Shown here in pieces: positions 45,872-56,700 of a DNA stretch of 64,000 nt. The stretch comes from Amoebophrya sp. A120 (Eukaryota > Protista > Dinoflagellata), in the NCBI GenBank assembly GCA_905178155.1, contig CAJINV010000004.1, positions 3,629,320-3,693,319 of the forward strand, in the 5' to 3' direction. The position numbers and the translations under genes are program-made. How positions within the stretch are numbered: position 1 is the stretch's first letter; each line of letters starts with the position of its first letter. The notes below the pieces were generated by a model that had not been told where the DNA came from, did not search any database, and saw only the letters and a list, made by a program, of their open reading frames with translations.

Positions 45872-48800
45872 ATGCAAGGAGCTGCTGCTACATCTTCGAA
45901 ATCGGTGGGCTTTTTAACCACCAAACGGGGTTCTTTTATCTCTTGCAGGGGGGTGTGGATGGCACGTGCGGGCGTGATTGCCCTATTGAACCTCGTGCCG
46001 GGTGGCTGGACTGGCGAGTTGTGCCTTCCGGTGCTGGGAAAGAAGAGGGCGAAGAAGAACCAGAAGCAGGCGGTCTCTAGCGCTTGGGACGAGGCCCTCA
46101 TGAACGGTGGGGGCGGAACTTCCCTGTCAGCCTGTATCCCATACAGAAAAGTAGTCATGTAGCACCCATAGTACCAAGAAAAAATCAGTAGACTTTGGCT
46201 GATGCACAGGAAATGCTGAATCGCAAGAGGGACAAAGATCTGTCATGCGGTCAAAGCATACTGGAGATTCATTGTATGTAATGCGGAGGAGTAACGACCA
46301 GGGAGTCCAGAAGATTTGTGACACTGAACACAGGAAGGCTGTTCAACTGTATCATTGCAAAGAGAATCTAATATCATTGTGCTATGTGTAGTGTGTGTTG
46401 TTCTGTAGGATAGCTTTGTCCCGACGAAAGCCAGCCGGCCGTGATATTAATCGTCATGCAGCCGAATCGGGAACCAAAGCGAAAAAGCAGCACCAGCAAC
46501 GTGGGTCGTCGAACGAAAAGGAACCGGGTGTGCCTGCTGGCGTCCAACACGAGCATCCAACGGAGCATGACGGGCTCGAGCAGCCGAGTGCGATAAACAC
46601 CTCCAGTGAAGACGACACGACCATGAATTTTCTCCCTGCCGATGATTCCTCCGCCTCGTACCTGGAGAAGGCCGCGGCACCCGCTACAACTACAGCTGGG
46701 TCCCAGCGACGACCCGCAGATATGAAACCGCAATGCTCCCCTTCTCCCTCATTTTTTTTTTATGTGGAAAGTGAAAATAATTATACGACCAACAAGTGCA
46801 ACTGCAAACTGCAAGTAATCACCACCTCTATTCTTTTTCTTTACCTTCTGATCGTGATCCGTTGTGCATGAAAACGAGGAAGAAGGAAGCCCTTCTTGTC
46901 GTGCAGAAGCTTGTGTTGTTATCGCCAAACCAGTTATGTGACGTTGCAGTATGCACCTGTAGTTCCTGCATGTCAAGAAACAGCAACTCGAGGAGAAGGA
47001 CGAGTTGTGCACGCTGATACGACAATCACGACGTCGGCTGTTCTCTGATACTCAGCCGCTGAGTATGAACAACGGGGAACAAAGTGAAGAGACCGCAGAT
47101 TCCACTGCGGTAGTACCGGACACTACTTCTACTACACGATCAGCGGAGAAGATGAAACGCGACCCCGCGGGGGGCTGTTCTTCGTTCCCGGGGTGCGGCG
47201 AGGACGAGGATGAGGAGAAGGACAAGGAACACCAAGCAGCAGCAGCAGAGCAGGTTGAGCAGCAGCGGCAGGAGCTCCAGAAGCAGCTACAGGAGGAAGA
47301 GGCGAAAGTGCGGGCACACTACGAGAAGGAGAGGGAGAGGCTGTACAGCACGTTCTATAAATGGCGAGACGCGGAGGAGGGCCGGGAGCAGGAGCGGGGG
47401 CGAGAAATAAACGCTTATGAGCAAAGGCTGCATATCACACAGAGAGAAGCTAGAAATAGCATAGCACATTTAATGCAAGAAGGAATCGACAAATTCTATT
47501 CATTGCTAAACTGAAGTTTTTGTTTCATGTGCGGGCCCAGGAGAGCGCCGCGGGGTTTAGGCTCTGCAATGCAGAAGATTTTTTTCTTCGCGCTACCCAT
47601 ATGATATGCTAGCTTTTTTTGTTTTTCTCCGTGATAATGTGAGATCAACAAGCCGCGTCCAACGGGGCACTACAGCGTGTGCAATCGGAACTGCAACAGG
47701 CCAAAGCGCAATTATTGAACCAGCGCCAGCAGTCAGTCAGCGTGGACGATCTGAAAGTGACGCAGCGTCGGGAGCTAGCGTTACAGAAGACACAACTAGA
47801 TGAAAAAATCGCGGACGAAAACAGAATGTATCGGGATTCACTTGCCGCTCTGGAAGACCCAGAAATGAAGGACGTAAGGAAAGACACAGCGCTCGCCTTG
47901 CTCGAAAATGCGATTAAGAAGCAAGAAGACGAGAACAAAAAGCTCCGGGACGAGCAACTGGGGCTCATTGCCGAGCTCCACGCGCTTCAGGAAAGCAAAC
48001 AGTCGGCAGTTCGGAAGCTGTACGAGGAGCAGCGCACGGAACTGGACAAGCAAAATGCCGACAACCAGAAGCTCTGGGACCAGTTCGAGCAGCAGCGCCT
48101 CGCCAGCCAACAGGCCTGGGACGCCAAGAAGAAGCAGCTCGAAGAGCGGATCCGGGCGAAGGATGCCATAATCCGGGAGCTGCTGCAGCCGAATCCGGCT
48201 CCGCCAGCATCCATTCCCGCTGCAGCTGCGCAGACGCCAAACCGTCCGGCTCCGCGCGAGGCTGCTCCCAGCCAAGCAATGCATTCACAACCAGGGAGGA
48301 AGAGGATGAATGGTTCGGAGGGCCCGGGACAGATTGGTCAGCATTCTTCGTTCTTGGGGTGCAGCGAGGACGAGGATGAGGAGGAGAAGGACAAGAAAGA
48401 GAAACACGAACCGGGTTCGCAAGCGACGCAAGCGTCCCAGCAGGTTCTTGCGGCGCAACAGGCAGCAGAGCGAGAGGAGCAGCTGCAGAAGCAGCTACAG
48501 GAAGAAGAGGCGAAAATGCGGGCACACTACGAGCAAGAAAAGGACAGGCTGTACAGCACGTACGACGAATGGCAAGAAAAGGAGAAAGGCCGGGAGCAGG
48601 AGCGGCAGCGAGAAAAAGAGCAGCACGACCGGGAGCTGGAAGCGGCAACGAACAAAATCAAGCTGGACGGGCGCGAATTTCACGAACTAATGACTGAGTA
48701 CCAAAAAGTCCTTGAGCAGGTCAAGGGGCTGAGGACCGAGAAGGCACGGCTCGAGGGGAAGGTCGGTGAAAAGGACCACCAAATCTTCCTGGCGTTGAAG

Positions 48801-49214
48801 CAGCAACGAGACGCCGACCAGGAGTTGAGGACGCAGTTCGAGGGGCAGCTCCGTAAAAAGGACGAGCAAATCCAGAAGCTTGAGCAGCAGCAGCGTCAGC
48901 CACAAACGGTTCCGCCAGCATCCCCCGCACAGCAGCGTCAGCCACAAACGGTTCCGCCAGCACCCCGCGCGGCTGGGCCCTTCCCATCAATGGATCGCAC
49001 ACAAGGAATGTTGTGGGGAGGTCTTCCTGGAGACCAGGGGGGGCAGGCGACAACGATTAACCCGGCCCCCCTGCAGCGGGGCCAGGGGGCTCCTCAGCAA
49101 CGACAGCGCTTTGGAGGTGCTCCTATTTCAGAACCCGGCTCGAATCGTGGGGGGCAACCGCCGATGCAACCCGGGGCCAACGGTCAAGGACCAAGGACCG
49201 GATTTTCTCTTTAG
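45872..49214 (+). CDS. Multi-exon Gln/Glu-rich coiled-coil protein, copy 1
   Basis: ORFs 45872/46395 and 47005/47679 are joined in frame by introners 46135-46412 and 47433-47636; the link across ~46770-47020 is unresolved. Internal module SSFxGCxEDEDEE..LQKQLQEEEAKxRAHYE occurs twice. Confidence 0.55.
46135..46412. mobile_element. Introner, old (TATCCCATACAGAA / TTCTGTAGGATA); same site as 50710-51014 in the paralogue
   Basis: DR GCCTG/GCTTT; frame restored. Confidence 0.75.
47433..47636. mobile_element. Introner, old (TATCACACAGAGAGAAGCTAG / CTAGC..TTCTCCGTGATA)
   Basis: DR decayed (CTGCA/ATGTG), but removing the element plus 5 nt gives RLQDQQAASNGALQRVQSEL in frame. Confidence 0.65.
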
Positions 49215-50446
49215 GCCGGTGCGTAAGGCGCCAAGTCAAGACGTTCACTGCACCCGCTGACCATCTGAACGAAAAACTACGACTGCTTGCTTGCTGGCTT
49301 TATCCTTCCTTATTCTTCAACGCGCTTTTTTCTCCGTGTCTCATCCCATGCTCCACCCCAAATTTTACACTAAGAACGAAAACACAAGTACAGCTACAGC
49401 AGTGTGCTAGGTTCTTCACATACATTTTTACTGTGCGATGCGCCAATATTTCTCTAACTACTTACAACAAGCGTGACCGATTTTTCAAAAGTAAGTACGT
49501 CGCAGCTCCCGTGCCGGTGGACGATCCAAAATCGAAAAAGTAAAACAGCCTGCTCTCCAGGCCTCCAAAACTGTTTCTGTCTGCCTACCCTCCACGCGCT
49601 TTGTTCTCCAGGTCTCATCCCATGCTAGATCCCACACTAGGACCGAACACACAGTAGTAAGATATTGGTGTGCTAGTTTTTATATATACGTTTGTATAAC
49701 ATTTTCATTTTTTACTTGCGCAATTTCGCTGTATATTGCTACAACAAGCGCCACCGAAAGTATAAGTAAGTTAGTACGTTGCAGCTCCCCCCGTGCCGGT
49801 GGACGATCCAAAATCGAGCTTGTAGTGGCTTTTGCGAAGTGCCACTTGTGCTTGGTTTACGTAGCATTCCCAAATGGTTGTCGTTACAGTCGTTAGAGCA
49901 GAAGGCAGGTTGGATGGAATGAGTCTGCAATTCGGTTGCCAACGGACTTTATGTCGTCTGTAATCTCGTTTCGTTCGGTTTTGCTGAGATTTTCGTTCGG
50001 CCTTGATTTGACGTTCCTCCAGCAGTGCAGTCGTGTTTGAAATGACGAAGAGACGGCTTGCCAGAATAACTTAAACTTCCGAAATGCCATCTCCACCTAC
50101 AGCACTGCGGTTCAGTCCTTTATTCCCAAAGAACCCTTCTTCGAAACACGTATTACAGTACTAAGTAAACAACTTCGAACTACTAGATCCCCCCTCCGCT
50201 CAAACTGCATCAACACGTCATTTTCAACTTCTTGAACTTCGATTTTTAAATTTCAAAGACCGAAAGGATTTTTTTACTTTTGTCCACTTTTCTAATCAAA
50301 ACTGTAACGCAAAGTAAGCCCTTGATCTTCTTTGTTTACACAAATCAACCACCACCTATGAATCAAACCCCTTAATAACCTCTCCTTCACATCAAAACTG
50401 TTTTTCCACGATTTCCGACGTACTCACAAGTTTCCACTCGATCAAC

Positions 50447-52421
50447 ATGCAAGGAGCTGCTGCTATGTCTTCGAAATCGGTGGGTTTTTTATCCACCAAA
50501 CGGGGTTCTTGTATCTCTTGCAGAGGCGTGTGGACTGCATGGGCGGGCGTAATTTCCCTAGTGAACCTCGTGCCGCGCAGCTGGACTGGCGAGTTATGCC
50601 TTCCAGTGCTGGGAAAGAAGAGGGCGAAGAAGAACCAGAAGCAGGCGGTCTCTAGCGTTTGGGACGAGGCACTCATGAACGGTGGCGGCGGAACTTCCTT
50701 GTCAGCTTTTATCCCATAGATACAGAAAAGTAGTGTAACACCCATAGATGAAGCACCAGAAAAAGTAAGTAGACTTTTGCTGCAGTAGTTTTTCTGGCAC
50801 AAAAAATGCAGATCTGCAAGTAGAGACACACAGACTCGTCATGCGGCGAAACAATGGAGATTGTCATTGTTGTATGTCAGGCGGATGAGTAACGGCCAGA
50901 GAGGTATCAACTAGAAGATTTGTGATGCTGAACCCAGGAAGGTTGCTCAACTGCAACAGCATCACAAATGTTTTCCGATATGGTACTACGTGCGCTGTGC
51001 TTTTCTGTAGGATAGCTTTGTCGCGACGAAAGCCAGCCGGCCGCGATCACGCAGCCGACTCGGGAATCAAAGCGAAAAAGCAGCACCAGCAACGTGGGAG
51101 GTCGAACGACAAGGAATCCGCTGTGCCTGGCGGCGCTCAAACCAAGCATGACGGGTCCGAGTTGCCCAGTGCGATAAACACCTCCGGTGAGGACGACACG
51201 ACCATGAATTTTCTCCCTGCCGATGATTCCCTGCCTGCTTCGTCACTGGAAAAGGCGGCAACCGCTACAGCTGGGACCCAGCAACGACCTGGAGATATGA
51301 GACTGCAATGCTGCTCCCCTTCTCCTTCATCTTGTTGTGGAAAGTGAAATAAGTATACTTGATTGAACGACGAAGACGAACTGGTGCATGTCACGACCTC
51401 TATTCTTTACCTTCTGATCGTGATCCGTTGTCGTGCATGAAAACGAGCCCTTCTTGTCGTGCAGAAGCTGGTGTCCTTATCGCCAAACCAGTTATGTATG
51501 ATGTGACATTGCAGTATACACCTGGAGTTGCATGTCAGGAAACAGTAACTCGGGGAGAGGGAGGACGAGTTGTGCACGCTGATACGACAACCAGGACGTC
51601 GGCTGAGTACGAACAACGGGGAACAAAGTGAAGAGGCCGCACCATTCACTGCGGTTCCAGGAACTACTTCTACACGACAAGCGGAGATGAAACGCGACTC
51701 CGCGGGGGGCTGTTCTTCGTTCCTGGGGTGCAGCGAGGACGAGGAGAAGGACAAGGAACACCAACCGGGTTCGCAAGCGACGCAAGCGTCCCAGCAGGTT
51801 GTGGCGCAGCAGGCAGCAGAGCGGGATGCGCAGCTGCAGAAGCAGCTACAGGACGAAGAGGCGAAAATTCGGGCACACTACGAGCAAGAGAGCAACAAGC
51901 TGCACAGCTCGTACAACAAATGGCAAGAAGAGGAGAAGGGCCGGGAGGAGGAGCGGCAGCGAGAAAAAGCCCAGTACGACCAGGATCTGGAGGCGGAAAA
52001 GAAGAAAAGCGAACAGTACGCGACCCGGAATCGGGACCTAACTACTGAGAACCAAAAACTCCTTGGCATGCTCAGGCATACCCAAGAAGCCGTGGACCAG
52101 GCCAAGGGGGTGAAGGTGAAGGAGCAAGAAATCGTGGCGTTGAAGAAGGAGCAAGACGCCGAGAGGACGCGTTTCGAGGCGCGGCAGCAGCGAGACGCGA
52201 ACATTATCCAGGCGTTGCAGCACGACCTGCAGCAGCTGCAGCCGCCGCCGCAGCAGCAGCAGCAGCACCAACAACCCGCGGCTGGGCTTTTCGCAGACGC
52301 GGGGCTTGCTTGGCAGCAGGTGGCAGCGATGCATCTCCCCGGGATGGACGCGGGCCAGGGTCCTCCTCTACAACCGCCGGGGGACGACGTGGGACGCGCA
52401 AGACGCCGGGAGTGGGTTTAG
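50447..52421 (+). CDS. Coiled-coil protein, copy 2 (shorter paralogue with one module)
   Basis: Paralogous to 45872-49214 at DNA and protein level; diverged C-terminus. Confidence 0.5.
50710..51014. mobile_element. Introner at the paralogous position of 46135-46412
   Basis: Perfect DR GCTTT; removal gives TSLSALSRRKPAG. Confidence 0.8.
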
Positions 52422-53703
52422 GCTGGTGCTTAAGGGGGCGCCAAGTGGAGACGTTCACTACACCAGCTGAGTTCCTGAATGAATGACCTCGACTGCTTGC
52501 TTGCTTGCTGGCTTTATCCTTCCTTACTGTTAAGCGCGCTTTTTTCTCCATGTCTCATCCCATACTCCCTCCGAAATTTCACACTCAGAACGAAAATACA
52601 ATTACAGCAGTGTGCTAGTTTCTTTACATTTTTACTTTGCGACGCGCAATATTTCTGTAAGAGTAAGCATTTTTCTAACTACAACAAGCGTGACCAATTT
52701 CTCAAAAGTATAAGTACGTTGCAGCTCCTCCCGTGCCGGTGGACGATCCAAAATCGATAAAGTAAAAAAGCCTGCTCCCCATGCCTCAAAAACTGGTCCC
52801 TCATCCACGATGAACAGCCAGCTTCTTCGCGATGGCACTCATCTGAGTCATACGGAATAAATATATAAAAACAAGGCTAGCGCTCTTGGTTGTGGTTTAC
52901 CTCCGCAGTGGTCGAGCGCGTGCTCTCAAAGGTAGTTGTACAGTAGTTGCACGAAACTCATTTTTCATCAAGGCGCGCTAAAGAATGTTTCAAATGACCC
53001 AGACAAATAAAGAAAAAAAAACCGGAAAGTTCTCGCTTTCGATGTGCCGCTTGTGGCTGTATCTTTCTTGTTCAGTCCTACCTTCGTACAAGTAGCAGAC
53101 CGAATCGGTCGAGTTTTTCTCCGGTTATGAAACCAGAACTATTGATTGTCGTGCTTTTTGGATTCGGTTTGGTTTTTTCCAGGATTTTTATTTTTTGCTA
53201 CCTCGAAGTCGAACTTCAGTCTTTGTCTTCAAGATCGGTACTACTACCATATATTTGTCGTTCTCTGTGAGTCTCACACGACTTGTTACCTCTGTCGGTC
53301 CGTACACCTTTTTATGCGTCCTTTTTCAATCTCGTGCGCCGACTAATCGGTATGCAAAGAATTATACTCCGGACGCGGCAAAAAAATCGTTCATCATCTT
53401 TTCGTCCAAACAAAACTGCTCGACATTGAAGAAATCGTTTCCATAAATGGCGCAACAGGAACCCATTTGATTGCCCCCCTTTCGAGTTCTGACCCCCACA
53501 ACCAAAATGATACCTGTAAAAATCCCGTTCCTTTGAATTCCACCAAATATGCTACTTTACAACTACATTACGCAATACCCGCTTTCCATTAAGTACTTCC
53601 TCTCTGTTTAATGCGCCGCTCTGAATTCGATACTGCCTTTATGTTGCACGCACGTGACGAAACATTCATATTGCAAATGTTGTAAATTTATCATTTGAGT
53701 CAG

Positions 53704-56700
53704 GGTCGCCGAGAAAAACAACCCCGGCGCAGGAGGCAATTACGAGGAGCCGCTGGGTGGACGTCGACCACACTATGCGGCGCCTGCGTCACGAGCCGCA
53801 GGCGCGCATTGTCGTGCAGGTGCTGAATGACGAGGTGCCTAACGTGGAGTCTGCGAATGGGGTCTACGAAATCGACCTGCTCAACTACTTTGACGACATC
53901 GAGCGCTTTCGCAACCGCGACAAACGGTTCCCCTCCTTCTGCCGCCCGTTCGTCGGGGAGATCGAGGAGCAACCCGATTTCGATCGACATCATAGTCAGC
54001 GCGGTGGAGTTGTCACGTCCTCTGGAGCAGTCGCGTTACATCAAATACCACCTCATCAGCAGCAGCCGCATGCCCCGGCGCACAGAAATAGCGGTGGTGG
54101 CAAAAACGGCGACCGACTCCCGCACGCGCGAAACCAGGCCGCGGGCTTTCGGGGCCGGGACATATCCGAGGCGGACGTCAGTATTGTTGAGGTGTTTGAA
54201 CACAAGTCGCCGGCCATTTCTACTTTCCGCCACGACGACTACACTTTCAACAGTTTGCACATGGCGGGATTAGTACAGCAACCCGGGGCGCCGGGTGGTA
54301 ATATGCACAACAACAGCAGCACCTTAGGTGGAGTAGGACCGCTGCTGGACAACGACGGGCGCAGCACGATCAGCGACACGTCGTCCGTGGTGAACACGAA
54401 TTTCGTCCGGGAACTGCCAACCCGCCCGTTTTTGGATTTGCCCGCGCCGCCACGAACGAAGCGGAAACTGAAACTCCCCAACCCGGGCGGGGCGTTCGGG
54501 AGCCACGCGTCCAGAAACGCGAGGCATCCGGGGACGAGTCCGAGCAACACGGCCGTCGGGTTCATCGAGGCGGTGGACGAAGAGGAGGTGGAGGGTGAGA
54601 ATTTTGGAAGCAGTACTACCGCTAGCCACGGAGGTCCTCTTCGGGGAACTACAACTACGTCCCACCAGATGCGATACGTGGGATCTGACGGGTACGTGTA
54701 CAGTTCGCGGGCGAGCTACTTGCTGGAGACCTTGACTCCAGAGGAGACGAAGTACGTGATCTCGCTGGAACTCGGCTACAAAGTCTGGAAATCCGGTTTC
54801 ATACCCACGCATTTAATGGAACTGATCGCGGTGACCGACCAGTCCGCGCTGCACGCGGCCGAGTTTCGCAGCAAAGCAGCGAGCAACCCCCACCGAACCG
54901 TCGGCCGGGGGTCCAGTTCGCGCATGCGGGTGAAAGAGATCGTTGGAACCACCACTTCGGGTGGTGCTGGGACGAACAATAAAGACCATAGCATTCCGTC
55001 CAGAGGACAACAACATCAAGCGTCGAAACTGAAGTCTTCAAGTCAACAAGCGCCAAAATCAAACACGAATCCGAAGCATCAATTCAATCCCCCGGTGTAC
55101 GGGTCTAACGTGGGGGAGGAGACCGCTCGGGTGCGGAGAATGCTGGGACCGGAATTCCTGGGATCTTCGACGTCCCAGCAACCACAGCCGTCGAATACAA
55201 CAATTCCGGAGCAGTCAGAGCTCGAGTCACCGCCCTCGTTGATCTCCAATAGCAACGTCACTTTCTCTCGAACCTACGAACAACAGCTGGAGAAGCAACA
55301 GAAATCGGTGTCGGAACTTTTGGAGTACGCAAGAGCGACGAGATGGAACGCGCTAGGAAAACTGGGGATCTCGCAGTCCGGCGTGCTCGAGACCAACGAC
55401 TCGGCGTACCCGATCTTTCAGGAGGGAGTCAGAGCCGTTTGCGATAAGGACGGAGACCAGTTGGTCGTGTTCGTTGCGGAGCAGGCGGTTATGTCGGTAA
55501 TAGTACAACAACAGCAACAGACGAGCAACGGGAATAATATGCTGACGTCGCACAGCATCGACGAGAACTTAACGCAGAACTTTTTCACCAACAACACGTC
55601 GAATCTCGGGTTTTTGGATTTCACGGGCGACGTGCCGAACTGCAAGTCCTGGCGGTTCGACCTGTCGTCCGAGGACAGCACGCGGCACGCGCTGCGCATG
55701 CTGGAGTTTCTGGCCCGGCACCCGCGACTGGAACAAGGACAGATTTTCCTGGGCAACAGTACCGCGCGGTCGTTGCTGCCCGAGGCGAAGCTGATGGGCC
55801 ACACGCTGTACCGGCAGGAGGACCGGGACGAGGTGGTCTTCTCGGACGACGAGGAGGACCAGACGACCATGCTCACGCTGCGCCCCAAAGCGAAAAAAGC
55901 GGGGAAGATCGTGAGCAGGTCGGTCGCCAGTTTGGAGGTGATTCTGTTTGTCTCCTTACCCAGATACTACAGCAAAGGGGAGATGATGATGGGGAAAAAT
56001 ACCAACGCTCCTGGAAATGTTGTAAACAGTGTTAGCCAACATCCCCACAACAAATCCACGCCGATTCAGAAGGAACTGCTGAAGACCGTCCGGTCGCTGC
56101 AGCACGCGCGGGAGATTGTGTACGGCATGAGCGACAGTGATTTGAATGCAGTGGACCGCAAGGGGAACAACTTGATCCTGAAGGCCTGGCAGACGCTGAC
56201 CCAGTTCCCGCAGCGGCAAGAAGTGATCACGCAGGCGGTTTTGGAGCAGTGCCCGCGGTTCAAATTGGTTTCCAACGTGGATTCGGAAGACGGAAAAACC
56301 CTGCTGCACATCGCGGTCGCGAACGGGTGGGGGGAGGTGGTCATGCGCTTACTCTCCGGCGCGAAGCACGACTGGGCGATGACGAGCAACTTTGTGACCC
56401 CGCAGTTCCCCCCGGTGTTTCTCTCCCAAACCCGCGACGTGTTCGACAAACGGGGGAACAGCTGCTTTCTCGACGCCATCGAGCACAACGACGGCCGGAT
56501 GGTGGCTCTGCTCTTGAAGTTCGCCATGGAAGCGCCGGAACGGAAGCACGGGTGGCGCACGATTCCGACCAGTCCCCCGGAACAGGTGGACGCAGAAGTG
56601 CTCAAACTGCAGATGAAACATCAGCTGACGAATACAAGCGGCGATCTCCACTCCGAGATCAGTTCCGTGGACGTGGCCAACATCGACCGGTACTACCACA

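Larger units (their letters stand above)
45240..52790 (+). repeat. Tandem segmental duplication: unit 1 ~45240-49560, unit 2 ~49818-52790, with an extra 3'-flank copy at ~49600-49817
   Basis: Colinear similarity in upstream region, exons and 3' flank; CCGTGCCGGTGGACGATCCAAAATCGA occurs three times. Confidence 0.92.
44988..53000 (+). repeat. Diverged ~180-bp direct repeats (44988-45170 and 52815-53000) bracketing the duplicated-gene block
   Basis: Shared blocks ATCTGAG, CTAGCGCTC.TGGTTGTGGT..CAGTGGTCGAGCGC, CTCATTT, CGCTA.AGAATGTTT.AA.TGACC. Confidence 0.8.

Noticed and set aside
46780-47019. Additional introner linking ORFs 46395 and 47005
   Set aside because: A right end (GTGCACGCTGATA) and motif-like words are present, but I could not define a left TIR or direct repeat, so it is not counted.
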